Origin: a virus
Strand: one strand, 5' to 3'
IMG/VR virus record: IMGVR_UViG_3300012922_000007
Location: 1-64,000 of that record
DNA: 64,000 bases
In this document: positions 37,708 through 48,128 of the stretch, piece after piece
Numbering within the stretch: position 1 is the first letter of the stretch
Layout of the letters: each line of letters starts with the position of its first letter
The notes under the pieces: generated by a model
Database searches by the model: none
What the model was told of the DNA's origin: nothing
What the model saw: the letters and a program-made list of their open reading frames with translations, nothing else
Translations under genes and position numbers: made by a program

Positions 37708-39786
37708 TTGATACATTGTCATGTAGATTTCGAGAGTAGGTCGCTAAAGGACCTTACTGAAGTGGGAATTGACGTGTATTCAAACGATACGAGTACGCAG
37801 GCGATTCTCCTCGCTTGGGCTATTGATGATGAGCCGGTTAGCATAGTGAGTCTTCTCCGGGATTCTCTACCTAACCGGCTGCTGGAGGCTGTCCATAATC
37901 CGGATGTTATAATGGTAGCCTGGAATTCAATGTTCGAGCGCCACATATTTGCCAAGTGTCTTGGGATAGTGATACCTATTGAACGGTGGCACGATCCGAG
38001 GATAACTGCGAGGTTTGCCTCTATTCCTGGAAGCCTTGAAGAATGTGGGAAGATTTTAAATCTTCCCCTCGAACAACGAAAACTTAAAGAGGGCCATGAT
38101 TTAATCCAATTGTTCAGTATGCCTTATAGAACCGGAGGCGAAGAGACATTATTTGGAATCCAGCCTGCGGAATTCCACGATTGGAACGATAGACCGGAAG
38201 AGTGGAGCCGGTTCGAAGAATATTGTAAACAGGATGTAGCCTGCGAGCGCTTTATTATGAAGGCGTTGCGGGGATTTAAGCTACCTGAAAAAGAGATTCG
38301 AGGATGGTGGTTGGATCAAAGGATTAATGATCGTGGCTTAAAAATTGGATTAGATTTAGTCGGAAATGCTCTAAAACTAGCCGAAAAAGAAAAAGAAGAT
38401 ATTTTATCTAATTTATCAGAAAAAACTGGTCTGGCAAATCCTAATTCTAATCCTCAGATGCTTGCGTGGATAAAAGAGAGAGGATATGTTTTCTCTAGTA
38501 TGGGTAAAGCTTTTGTTGCTAGAGCGTTGGCGGGGGAAAGTCCTCTTACGCCGGAATGTAAAGAGGTCCTTGAACTACGACAGCTATCCTCTCGAACCAG
38601 CTACACCAAGTATATTAATATTCAGAATAGAACTGGACTGGATGGACGACTTCGAGATCAATTTTCATTTTTAGGTTCATCTAGGGCCGGAAGATGGGCA
38701 AGTTTAGGCGGAGCACAGCTCCACAATCTCCCGAGACCTACTAAAGAAGTTAGCAAAAATATGGATTTAGCTGTGGATCTGCTTAGAAAAGGAAATTTTG
38801 AAGAGATTAGATCAAAATTTTCTGATCCAATGGCACTAGCGGTTAGCTGCGTGCGCTGCGCTATTGTTGCAGACAAAGATAAAAACTTGGTGGTAGCGGA
38901 CTATGGGGCTGTGGAAAACAGAGTATTAGGATGGGTGGCGAGGTGCGACGGTATTCTAAAAGTTTTCCGAGATAATCTTGATCCATATGTTAGTTTTGGT
39001 ACATTTATGCACGGTAAATCTTATGAAGAATTAGATCCAGAAGCAAAAGGAATTACGGAGGAAGAAAAAGCAGCTCGAAAAGAGAAAAGACAAGAAGCAA
39101 AACCTGCGGTTTTAGGAGCAGGCTATCGCCTTGGAGGCGGACAGCTTGGTACAGATAAGTTTGGGAACGAAATTCGCACGGGGCTTTGGGGATATTCGAA
39201 GGCTATGGGAGTCGACCTTCCTCAAGAAGAATGCGAAAGAATTGTAGCAGTATTTAGAGCTGCCTATCCTGAAGTTTGTCATCTTTGGTACGATCTTGAA
39301 AATGCTTCTTTCGATTGTCTGGATGGCGGTAAGCATGAGGCCGGCCGATGCGTATTTGAAGCATTCGGAGGCGTGGATAGATTTGATAGAAAGCTCATGC
39401 GAATTACTTTGCCATCCGGCAGGGGGCTTCACTATATAAGACCTCGTGTTGAATCAAGGGAATTTTTCGGTAAACCAAAGAAAACACTAGTATACGAGGG
39501 CATTCATCAGCAAACAAGGAATTGGGAACCTACCACTACACACGGTGGAAAATTAACAGAGAACATCGTGCAAGGGATAGCAAGAGATCTTTTAATGGAA
39601 GCAATGCTTGCTGCAGAAGAAGAAGGATATTTTATTGTTGCCCATGTTCATGATGAAATTGTGTGCGAGGAAAAAGAATTAGGTTTAGAAGGTTTGATTA
39701 AAATAATGATTAAACCACCCGATTGGGGGCAAGATTTACCTTTGTCGGCAGAAGGCTATATCAGTAAATATTACAAGAAAGGGTAA
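37708..39786 (+). CDS. Family A DNA polymerase with 3'-5' exonuclease
   Basis: DFESRS (ExoI), YCKQDV (ExoIII), GRW, QLHNLPR, ADYGAVENR (motif A), RQEAKPAVLGAGY (motif B), ENIVQG.ARD, HVHDEIV (motif C). Confidence 0.95.
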   Translation: MIHCHVDFESRSLKDLTEVGIDVYSNDTSTQAILLAWAIDDEPVSIVSLLRDSLPNRLLEAVHNPDVIMVAWNSMFERHIFAKCLGIVIPIERWHDPRITARFASIPGSLEECGKILNLPLEQRKLKEGHDLIQLFSMPYRTGGEETLFGIQPAEFHDWNDRPEEWSRFEEYCKQDVACERFIMKALRGFKLPEKEIRGWWLDQRINDRGLKIGLDLVGNALKLAEKEKEDILSNLSEKTGLANPNSNPQMLAWIKERGYVFSSMGKAFVARALAGESPLTPECKEVLELRQLSSRTSYTKYINIQNRTGLDGRLRDQFSFLGSSRAGRWASLGGAQLHNLPRPTKEVSKNMDLAVDLLRKGNFEEIRSKFSDPMALAVSCVRCAIVADKDKNLVVADYGAVENRVLGWVARCDGILKVFRDNLDPYVSFGTFMHGKSYEELDPEAKGITEEEKAARKEKRQEAKPAVLGAGYRLGGGQLGTDKFGNEIRTGLWGYSKAMGVDLPQEECERIVAVFRAAYPEVCHLWYDLENASFDCLDGGKHEAGRCVFEAFGGVDRFDRKLMRITLPSGRGLHYIRPRVESREFFGKPKKTLVYEGIHQQTRNWEPTTTHGGKLTENIVQGIARDLLMEAMLAAEEEGYFIVAHVHDEIVCEEKELGLEGLIKIMIKPPDWGQDLPLSAEGYISKYYKKG

Positions 39787-39787
39787 A

Positions 39788-40330
39788 ATGCCTTCAAAAG
39801 AAGAATACGCGAACATGACCGAGGAACAAAAAAATATCATATTAGAAAGAAATAACAAGTGGAGAGAAAACAATAAAGAGGCTTATGCGATTTCACAAAG
39901 AAATTATAGAAAAAGAAACAAAGAGAAGATAGCTTCGTTGAAAAAGACGCAATATGAGGAAAATAAACATGTTGTTTTATTAGCAGCTAAAATAATTTAT
40001 TATTTACGCAAAGCTCTTATGCCGAATACTTTAGCAGAATCAGGGTCTAGGCAGCAGAGGAAGACTCTTTATAAAATGACTCCAGAACAGCTAGATCAGA
40101 TGTGGAGCGAGCAAGGCGGTGTTTGCAAAATGTGCTCTCTTCCTACTAACAAATTATGCGTAGATCACGATCATAATTGTTGCCCCGGAAAAGCTTCGTG
40201 CGGTAAATGCATCCGTGGCATTTTATGCCATACGTGTAATATTGCTCTGGGGGTATACGAAAAACACAAATCAAATTGCGAAGATTATTTAATAAACTTC
40301 CTAAGAAAACGCGATACGAGGTCAATCTAA
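39788..40330 (+). CDS. Endonuclease VII-family homing endonuclease
   Basis: QGGVCKMC...LCVDHDHNCC...CGKCIRGILCHTCN. Confidence 0.9.
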   Translation: MPSKEEYANMTEEQKNIILERNNKWRENNKEAYAISQRNYRKRNKEKIASLKKTQYEENKHVVLLAAKIIYYLRKALMPNTLAESGSRQQRKTLYKMTPEQLDQMWSEQGGVCKMCSLPTNKLCVDHDHNCCPGKASCGKCIRGILCHTCNIALGVYEKHKSNCEDYLINFLRKRDTRSI

Positions 40331-40692
40331 TGCCTTCACCCAAGAAGATCGGCATCCTGATATTTCACGAGGAATACCGTCATTATTTAACACTTTGTAC
40401 GGAGTGTTTCGAGGGGCATAATTGGTTAACCGAAAACAGAAATTGGCCGATTTACGAGGGGGATTTCGGAATGTTTCGTCAACCATGTGACTATTGCCAC
40501 GAAGAAATGAATCCCGAGGCCAGTCCTACAATGTCTGAACTATTTACCATCAGAAAACTTACAATTACGAGGTATGATAGTTACACGAGAACTACGAGGC
40601 CAAAACTTCCTGCCCCTCGAACTATTGAAAGGATGGTGAAAAATGAAACTATTGGCGACCTTAATATTCCTGTTGTTCCTAGCACCCAATGA
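40330..40692 (+). CDS. CxxC paralog family member (dispersed copy)
   Basis: KIGILIF...LCTEC...WPIYEGDFG.FRQPCDYC...LPAP. Confidence 0.7.
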   Translation: MPSPKKIGILIFHEEYRHYLTLCTECFEGHNWLTENRNWPIYEGDFGMFRQPCDYCHEEMNPEASPTMSELFTIRKLTITRYDSYTRTTRPKLPAPRTIERMVKNETIGDLNIPVVPSTQ

Positions 40693-40855
40693 TGTCCGGA
40701 ATACGGATTCTTGCCCTAACTGCGATTGTCATAATTCTAATTGGTATCATTGTTCGGCTTACTGCTATACGAGGAAAAATTCACGAGGTCAGCCGACTTG
40801 TATGAATCAAGACGAATTTAAGGCTTGCACAAAGTTGTGCGCGAGGTCAAAATGA
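40643..40855 (+). CDS. Small Cys-rich exported protein
   Basis: Hydrophobic N-terminus and eight Cys in about 50 aa. Confidence 0.55.
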   Translation: MKLLATLIFLLFLAPNDVRNTDSCPNCDCHNSNWYHCSAYCYTRKNSRGQPTCMNQDEFKACTKLCARSK

Positions 40856-41067
40856 GCGAATACCAAGAAGGTTTTGTAGACGGTATTTCTTCAATGGAGG
40901 GACGAATAGATAACTTAAAGGAGGACTTGGAAGCATTAAAAGAAGAAAACAGGATTCTAAGAATTAGGTTAAATATGTGTCCAGAATGTGGACTTACAAA
41001 ACCAGACCATAAAATGAGTTGTGATACACGATAATGGGCCACTCCCCATAAAATAAAAAGGAGAACT

Positions 41068-41517
41068 ATGAAACTAATCTCTGTTATTATCCTTGCCCTT
41101 GCGAGTTCGTTCGCCTCGGCTCAGACTACATACACAACCACACAGGACGCTTGTAGCGGAAAGGCTAATCAAGCGTGTTTCAACATTCCAGTAGTTGATC
41201 AGAATAACTTTTCCGGGGTCATTTCTATTGATAACCGATCTGTGCAGTACGGTGGATCGCTTTACCTCGGGCCATTCGGGGTCAATGGATATCACGGAGT
41301 TTATGCCGGATTTGTCGCTAATCCGGATGGAACCAAGAACGATTTCAACGGTATCGGATCATTTGAATCTGACGACACAAGCGTAGTTGGGCAGTTTCAG
41401 TTCCACGCTTACTATGTCAAGTCTTGTTCAGGGCGAGGCTGTGGTTCGACCTTGGGCTGGCATTTCCGTATCTTGGCGGGAAGTACAGTAACTGTCGGTG
41501 CAACGCAGCCCGACTAA
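41068..41517 (+). CDS. Secreted beta-rich protein
   Basis: Signal peptide MKLISVIILALASSFASA-Q; AGGAG RBS; two Cys pairs. Confidence 0.75.
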   Translation: MKLISVIILALASSFASAQTTYTTTQDACSGKANQACFNIPVVDQNNFSGVISIDNRSVQYGGSLYLGPFGVNGYHGVYAGFVANPDGTKNDFNGIGSFESDDTSVVGQFQFHAYYVKSCSGRGCGSTLGWHFRILAGSTVTVGATQPD

Positions 41518-41773
41518 TAGAATACGAGGTTCACGATCCGGCTAACCGGCTTGGTCGTGAACCATGTGTTTTTATAGGAGGTTAAAGAATGAATCACAAA
41601 TGTGGTGCTGTAGACGACGAATCGTGTTTGTTTGGCTCCGTACACCGCTGCAAGTTTTGGTGTCCTGAAGATAATACTATATGCGGCGGACCTCACACGT
41701 GTCTATGCGGATCAAAGTGGCAATATTATGAACCTAGTGGTCTTTATCAAAGTTCAGACGATTCGAGACCGTA

Positions 41774-42619
41774 ATGACATTCGAAACCTATGTAAATTAC
41801 TTCAACGAAAGTATTTTGGCCTTGGGTAAGACTTCGTCCATAAAAAGTTCGAGGTCAAGGCTAAAGAAATGCGTAGAAGTCTTTGGTAAAGAAGAACTTC
41901 CCCTAGATCCTAGGCGCGTTCAGAAGTTCATTACTCAGCTTAGTCAGAAATATCCTAGCCAAACAGTGGCTAATGTCTGGGGAGCGTTTAGAGCTGTACT
42001 TATGCGGGCAAAATCTGAGGGATTAATCTCCTCCGTCCCCTCTCCTCTATTACCAAAGATAGAACGATCAGAACAGCCTTGGTTTACAGTCGAGCAGATG
42101 CGAATTCTTTCGAGGTACGAACCAATCTACGCATTCGCTTCTGAGACTGGCGCGAGGATAGGCGAGATCTTAGCGATCCAGATTCCGGATATTGACTTCG
42201 AGAACAAGACGATCCATATAAGACGCAACGTGTATGACGGGGTTATTTCAAGTCCTAAAACGAGGGCGGGGACAAGGTTAATTTCAGCCTCGACTTGGCT
42301 CTGTGATATTCTAAAGAAAGAATGCGAGGGCCGCGAGGATGGTTTTATATTCCAATCGCTTGGAGGAGGGCCTCGTAATCCAGATTCTGAGACTAGAAAA
42401 TTGCAACATGCGTGTACAGTGTTTGATATTCCGTATGCAGGGTGGCATGGATTTAGGCGTGGAAATTGCACGCTTATGGCGATGACTTTAGGAATAGCGG
42501 AGAGCCTAATAGAGTACAGAGTTGGACACTCTGTTAGAGGCGTTTTGAGCCGGTACATACATTTTTTCCCTGGCGAAGACCGGGAAATTTCCGAAAGGAT
42601 ATCAGAGGTATTACGATGA
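41774..42619 (+). CDS. Tyrosine recombinase/integrase
   Basis: Complete catalytic set: TGARIGE (R), SPKT (K), HGFRR (HxxR), VGHS (H), RYIH (Y). Confidence 0.9.
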   Translation: MTFETYVNYFNESILALGKTSSIKSSRSRLKKCVEVFGKEELPLDPRRVQKFITQLSQKYPSQTVANVWGAFRAVLMRAKSEGLISSVPSPLLPKIERSEQPWFTVEQMRILSRYEPIYAFASETGARIGEILAIQIPDIDFENKTIHIRRNVYDGVISSPKTRAGTRLISASTWLCDILKKECEGREDGFIFQSLGGGPRNPDSETRKLQHACTVFDIPYAGWHGFRRGNCTLMAMTLGIAESLIEYRVGHSVRGVLSRYIHFFPGEDREISERISEVLR

Positions 42620-43532
42620 CATATAAACCTAGATACTCAGGACCAAACAACTCGGGGGTGTGTATATGTGGTCACGACTGGACCGAACATCATCTAGGCG
42701 TGATTATGAACGAGGATTATTTCGAGGCTACTGGAGAGTCTTATCTACCTGAAGAATGCGAAGCATATGGATCGAATGAAATGGGTGGATTGGATTCCGA
42801 GGGCAACAATCATTGCCAGAGATATAAAGATTCAGGAGAATAAAATGAAAATAATTTTAGGAATTACATTTGCGGGGGGTGGAATAATGCTGGGAGTCGT
42901 GTCCTTAACCATCGGATCGTTTCAAAACACAATTACTGGAGCACCAGTGCGTTGGATATTTCTTCCAATAGCGGCGGGATTGCTAATCCTTACTAGCTAT
43001 TATTTACTACGAGAAGAGAAAGGCGAATGATCTTCGACACCCAAGACTTACTGTACATAACCTCGGTTCTATTATTGATCTGGTTTGGATTAGTAGAGGA
43101 TCGGTTGAATAATGCGAGGCGAATTTTAAATCCGAAAGAAAAGAACGAAGCTATTAAAGACTTGCTGAGGACATATGTATGGAAGACATGAACAAATAAC
43201 TAGGACACTGTGTCCATATTGCAAACGTGTTATAGAATGTAAAGAGGTATGGGTGGATGGATATCTCGTTCACCTCGATTTACTTCCCCATAATACATGT
43301 AGTAATCATCAGTTGACTAAATAAAATACGAGGTTAAAATTATGCTCGTAGTGGTAGACTCACGAAAGTTTAAGAAGCTTATGGACGATGTTCGAGGTTT
43401 GCAGCGTTATGAAAGTACTTCAGATCAGTATGATGCGGGGACAAGGGATGGTTCTAATTCGTCCGTAATCCGGATTCACGAGATGTTGACCTCGTTTTGG
43501 AATGAACTTACCAAGGAATAACAGGAGAGATA

Positions 43533-44453
43533 ATGGCTTATACAGAAGCAGAACTAAAAGCAATTCGCGAGGTCCATGCAAAGGACGCTACCGACGCACA
43601 GTATGAAAATTTTATCCGGGAATGTAGCGAGAGAAATCTCATGCCGGGTCGTCATGTCTATTTCCAACTGCGGTCTCAGTCCGAGAAGGATGAAAATGGA
43701 AACTGGGTTAAGTCCAAGAGACCTATTCACATAAGCTCTATCGACGCTATGCGTTTGATTGCTCAGAGAACCGGGCAATACCAAGGTCAGGCTCCTCCTG
43801 TTTACATTTACCTCGATGAGAATAATTTTCCAAGTATCAAATCCGAGGTCATGCTCCCTGATAAGGACAACCCTGACATTCCTGCCAAACCGTATGCCGT
43901 TCAGGTATCAGTGTTTAGAGCGGGATTTCAACGCCCGTTGACTGCTACTGCTAGGTTCGAGGCATACGCTACTAAGAAGTTCAATGGCGGGCTGACGGAT
44001 ATGTGGGATCGGCGGGGTCCTGAGCAGTTAGCTAAATGCTGTGAATCGTTGGCTATTAGGCAAGCTTTCCCTGAGGAGCTGGCAGGGGTTTATATCGCAG
44101 AAGAGTTCAAGGACGAACCAGAAACACAGGAAATTCTAATAGAATCTGCAAAGACCTCGAAGAAAAAGGAAGCCAAAATTGAGCCTAGTCCTATTCCTGT
44201 TAGTGATGGTGTTGTTGCTGACGACAAGCCGGGTCAAGTATTAGCAACTAAAAACGAGGTCATCCCCTGGGCTAAGAAACTTAAAGCCCTGGGTGTGGAA
44301 AAAGAAAGATTGCTTAAGTACGTAGAGAAGAAATACAAAGTATCCAAGACCACAGAACTTACTCTAGAACAACTTAACGAGATTGTGCAAAAATGTCTTG
44401 CATCGAGAGAGAAAGGACTCGATACTCTAAATATAATGTTAGATTCTGAATAA
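43533..44453 (+). CDS. bet: Bet/RecT-family single-strand annealing protein
   Basis: AT..Q...F...C....L.P....VY, SID..R.IAQRTGQY.G, MW...P..QLAKC.E.LA.RQAFPEEL.G.Y..EE. Confidence 0.85.
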   Translation: MAYTEAELKAIREVHAKDATDAQYENFIRECSERNLMPGRHVYFQLRSQSEKDENGNWVKSKRPIHISSIDAMRLIAQRTGQYQGQAPPVYIYLDENNFPSIKSEVMLPDKDNPDIPAKPYAVQVSVFRAGFQRPLTATARFEAYATKKFNGGLTDMWDRRGPEQLAKCCESLAIRQAFPEELAGVYIAEEFKDEPETQEILIESAKTSKKKEAKIEPSPIPVSDGVVADDKPGQVLATKNEVIPWAKKLKALGVEKERLLKYVEKKYKVSKTTELTLEQLNEIVQKCLASREKGLDTLNIMLDSE

Positions 44454-44478
44454 AAACAGGCCGAACCAAGGAGAATTA

Positions 44479-45546
44479 ATGAAGTCAATTACGAAGTTGC
44501 TCGGCACGACCGGACTAGCCTTTTTCTTGTCCCTTTCCCTCGGATGTTACGGGGTTAAGAAAGTAGTAATTTCACCCCCACCGGGACTAACCGAAGCACC
44601 TTCCGGATTTGATAATGAAACTAATGGTTTTGTAGATCAGGCGAGGCACGATGCAGATCGAGATCAATTCGAGGAAGACGCGGGAGATGAAATTGGCCCT
44701 GTGTTTAATCATAGGTCTTGCCTCGATTGTCATTCTAGTCCAGTAACCGGAGGCTATTCTCAAGTATTTGAACACAGAATTGCAGCCGGTGCGAGGTTAA
44801 TTCACGATCAAGTTGTCCCTGGAACTGCACAGGAAGTATCTCCCGCAGGTGCACACAATGCTCTACGAGCCTCGATTTCTCTTATGGGTGATGGGTTTGT
44901 AGAACAGGTTCCGGATAGTTTGTTGAAGTATATCGCATCGGTTAACGGCGGGGTTTTTGTCCTCGTAGATAACGGACGGGTAGGCCGGTTTGGTCACAAG
45001 GACCAGCACGCCGGTCTATTTGAATTCGCAGGCGATGCAGACTTCAACGAGAAGGGAGTAGGCAACAGAGTTAATCCAGATCCGGACAATGGTATCGAGG
45101 ACCTGGAACCAACTTGTCTTGGTGGTGGAGAGGATATTGACTGCTATACGAGGTTTATGCAGGCTCTTAAGGCTCCACCTCGTGGTAAGATCACTGATCA
45201 AGTAAACCAGGGCGAGGAAGTATTCTATAAAATTGGTTGCGCATTTTGCCATACACCAACCTTGTATACTAGCAAGAACGTGTTCCATCCTTATGGGGAC
45301 TATTTGCTTCATAACATTGGGACAGGGGATGGTGTTGCACAAGGCGCGGCTCCTGCTAATGTTGTTCGTACCGCGCCTTTGTGGGGACTTAGAACCAAGT
45401 CTCGCATGTTGCACGATGGTCGTGTGTTCGATGTCCTTGCAGCTATTAAAGCGCATGAGAAAGAGGCTGATAGGTCCGAGGACAAGTTCGAGAGGTTGAG
45501 TAAGAAAGACAAAGAAAATTTGCTTGTGTTTTTGAATTCACTTTAA
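44479..45546 (+). CDS. Di-heme oxidoreductase (DHOR)-family lipoprotein
   Basis: Lipobox LSLGC; two CxxCH motifs (CLDCH, CAFCH); GPVFN, GRFG, RTAPLWGL, LHDGR, L..FLNSL. Confidence 0.85.
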   Translation: MKSITKLLGTTGLAFFLSLSLGCYGVKKVVISPPPGLTEAPSGFDNETNGFVDQARHDADRDQFEEDAGDEIGPVFNHRSCLDCHSSPVTGGYSQVFEHRIAAGARLIHDQVVPGTAQEVSPAGAHNALRASISLMGDGFVEQVPDSLLKYIASVNGGVFVLVDNGRVGRFGHKDQHAGLFEFAGDADFNEKGVGNRVNPDPDNGIEDLEPTCLGGGEDIDCYTRFMQALKAPPRGKITDQVNQGEEVFYKIGCAFCHTPTLYTSKNVFHPYGDYLLHNIGTGDGVAQGAAPANVVRTAPLWGLRTKSRMLHDGRVFDVLAAIKAHEKEADRSEDKFERLSKKDKENLLVFLNSL

Positions 45547-45558
45547 GGAGAATAAATA

Positions 45559-45990
45559 ATGGGTAAGTCAGTAAACCGCGTAACTCTTGTCGGGAACCTT
45601 GGTAAGGACCCGGAAATTGTAAACTCAAACAGCGGAACAAAGATTGCAAAATTTTCCCTCGCTACTAATGAAAGTTTTAAAAATAAAGAAGGTTCTTGGA
45701 CTGAAAGAACAGAGTGGCACAATATTGTGGTCTTTGCCCGGCTAGCCGATGTTGTTGAGTCGTATGTTAAGAAAGGAAGTCAGGTCTATATCGAAGGAAA
45801 GATCCAGACTCGGACATACGAGAAAGATGGGGTCACCAAATATTTTACAGAAATTGTAGGTAACGAGCTGGTGCTATTAGGCAGTAAGGGATCATCTTCT
45901 GATATTTCTGGAGATGAACCTCGTGCTGTCGCTGCTAGTCGTCCGGTTACTAAGTCTGATCCGATCGACGATAGTGATTTGCCATTCTGA
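45559..45990 (+). CDS. ssb: Single-stranded DNA-binding protein
   Basis: SVNRV.LVGNLGKDPE, TEWHNIV, KKGSQVYIEGK.QTR, C-terminal DDSDLPF. Confidence 0.97.
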   Translation: MGKSVNRVTLVGNLGKDPEIVNSNSGTKIAKFSLATNESFKNKEGSWTERTEWHNIVVFARLADVVESYVKKGSQVYIEGKIQTRTYEKDGVTKYFTEIVGNELVLLGSKGSSSDISGDEPRAVAASRPVTKSDPIDDSDLPF

Positions 45991-46025
45991 TAAGTCCTTT
46001 ATTATGTATAACTTAGAAAGGACTT

Positions 46026-46919
46026 ATGCCTCGTAACAGAGTAGAAACAGAAGATAGTTTGATTTACCAGGGCCGCGCACTAATCCATTTCTATCCGAAT
46101 AGTCATAGATACCGGGTTAGTGTACCTGCCTTGGATAAATGGCGAGTTCCTGTCATCGGCGTTACTACGATCCTCGGTGTCAAGGACAAATCATCTGCTC
46201 TCCAGAAATGGACAGCAGATATGGCTGAGCTATATGGCCAGATTCAGGTCGCAGAGAATCAAAAATCCTGGATGTATAATGACCAAGTTTTAAAGATTCT
46301 CAGAGACATGAAGACTCACTATCGTCTTGTCAAACAGCAGGCGGCAGATGTGGGGGTAGTCGTTCATGACTACCTTCATTCTGTGCTTCTTGCGAGGCAG
46401 AATTCTTGGGACGAACCATGTCGTCCGGAACTGGACGAACGGTTTAACTCGAAGATGCGAGGTCAGGTCGATGCAGCAATTGATGCTGGCCTAGAATTTT
46501 TCAGCAAACATAAACTAGTACCATGGACTATGGAAAAACCCGTATGGTCGCCCTCGAATTCTTACATCGGTACGGACGATTTTATTGGAACTCTGGACGG
46601 AGAATTAGTTTGCCTTGATTTTAAAACTAGTAAATATTTATACAGCGAAGTATTCCTCCAGACTATGGCTTATCAGACAGCATACAAAGAAGAATTTCCA
46701 GATTGTGGACAATTCGAAGCTAACTGGGGGGTTCAAGTTGCTAAGGACGGAAAGCTTAATGCGGTACGTCGAGGTAAAGAATATTTTGAAAATGATTGGC
46801 GGGCATTCTTAGGAGCAAAGACTTTGTATGAATGGGACCGAATAGAATCGGGGTCAAAACCCATGGTTAACCTCGGATCTCTAGACGCGATTCCAATACC
46901 TAATGAGGAGGAATGGTGA
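46026..46919 (+). CDS. PD-(D/E)xK exonuclease (recombination partner of Bet)
   Basis: GVTTIL, G..VH, YIGTDD...LDFKTS, Q..AY. Confidence 0.8.
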   Translation: MPRNRVETEDSLIYQGRALIHFYPNSHRYRVSVPALDKWRVPVIGVTTILGVKDKSSALQKWTADMAELYGQIQVAENQKSWMYNDQVLKILRDMKTHYRLVKQQAADVGVVVHDYLHSVLLARQNSWDEPCRPELDERFNSKMRGQVDAAIDAGLEFFSKHKLVPWTMEKPVWSPSNSYIGTDDFIGTLDGELVCLDFKTSKYLYSEVFLQTMAYQTAYKEEFPDCGQFEANWGVQVAKDGKLNAVRRGKEYFENDWRAFLGAKTLYEWDRIESGSKPMVNLGSLDAIPIPNEEEW

Positions 46920-47094
46920 GATTTATATATGAAGCATGGTGTATAATTAGAGGTTATCACAAAACAAAAGGAATACACACCGAGTCGGGGGTACTTACCC
47001 AAACTTGTAGATGTGGTGAGGAGAAGAAGACTTCGTTCTTTCCTAGACCAGGGGCTATTATCAACTATAACACTACATGGAGGATATTTAGTTA

Positions 47095-47661
47095 ATGGAA
47101 AAAAGATATTATGGAATTAAAGCAATTCCAACTATATTTAAGGGAATAAAGTATGATTCTCTTAACGAAGCACGATGGGCCGTATTCTTTGATGCTTTAA
47201 ATATTCCATTTGAACCTCAGCCTAGAGGCGATATGATGGAGACTCCCAATGGGACAACATATTATCAACCGGATTTTCGTATTAAACTGCCCCACAAAGG
47301 GTGCAATTACACAACAGATTCATATTTTGTAGAGATAAAACATTCAGCACCAGTAGAAGAGGAAGTATACAAGGCCCAACAATTGGCTATTTTAAGTCGA
47401 TATCCTGTGTTTATTCTTACTGAACAGCCGTATGATAATCTGTACGCCTCCTCCGATAAAGGTTGGAAGTTTGATATTTACGGAGACTCAGATACCGGAC
47501 ACGTGTTTACAGAATGCTGCAAATGTGGGTCGATAAATTTAGTTTATGGGGGGTATACAAACGAATTACCTTGCCCTCACGATACTGGTCGAGGAAACGC
47601 TTCTTATAAAATCACCGCCGCTGCTATTACCGCGAGGGGGTTTAATGGCCGGGATATCTAA
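47095..47661 (+). CDS. PD-(D/E)xK nuclease-like protein
   Basis: Y.S..EARWAVFFD.L...Y.PDF...VEIK. Confidence 0.7.
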   Translation: MEKRYYGIKAIPTIFKGIKYDSLNEARWAVFFDALNIPFEPQPRGDMMETPNGTTYYQPDFRIKLPHKGCNYTTDSYFVEIKHSAPVEEEVYKAQQLAILSRYPVFILTEQPYDNLYASSDKGWKFDIYGDSDTGHVFTECCKCGSINLVYGGYTNELPCPHDTGRGNASYKITAAAITARGFNGRDI

Positions 47662-48064
47662 GAGTGACCCGCATCGAAAACCAAATTATTTTCCATGGAA
47701 CGAAGATGATTTTAGTGGAAACATAAAAGTTAGATTTATGACACCGGCACAAAGATGGATGTACCGAACTTTACTCTGCAGTGCATTTTTTGAATCCACG
47801 AGACCTCATTTACCAGACGACGATTCTGTTCTTTGGATGATTGCCGGGTGTGAGAGTCAAGAACAATGGAATGAAAATAAAGAACCGGTTCGTGCAATGT
47901 TTTTTCAGATACGAGACGGTAGAAGAAAATTGTTGGGCCATCCTCGACTCGTAAGTGATTGGAATGCCTTGGTTAAAACACGTTTGGATTGGATAGAAAA
48001 ATCTCGAAAAGGAGGGGCCGCTTCTGCTCAAGCAAAGGTTGAGCAAAGGTCAACCACCGGTTAA
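47645..48064 (+). CDS. YdaU/DUF1376-like replication initiator N-terminal domain
   Basis: YFPW..DDF......MT...R..Y..LL...LPDD...L..., ends in GG..S..A and an iteron-like tract. Confidence 0.6.
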   Translation: MAGISKSDPHRKPNYFPWNEDDFSGNIKVRFMTPAQRWMYRTLLCSAFFESTRPHLPDDDSVLWMIAGCESQEQWNENKEPVRAMFFQIRDGRRKLLGHPRLVSDWNALVKTRLDWIEKSRKGGAASAQAKVEQRSTTG

Positions 48065-48128
48065 CCAAAGGTCAACCATTTTCAACTAAGGTAAGTAAAG
48101 AGAAGTATAAGTGTAAGTAAAGTGAAAG
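48033..48128. repeat. 11-bp iteron-like repeats plus purine-rich tract (candidate origin)
   Basis: CAAAGGTTGAG CAAAGGTCAAC CACCGGTTAAC CAAAGGTCAAC CATTTTCAAC, then GTAAGTAAAG twice. Confidence 0.5.

Noticed and set aside
37708-39786. Introns or inteins in the polymerase (also terL, helicase, recA)
   Set aside because: Frames are continuous, lengths are normal and no intein termini are visible.
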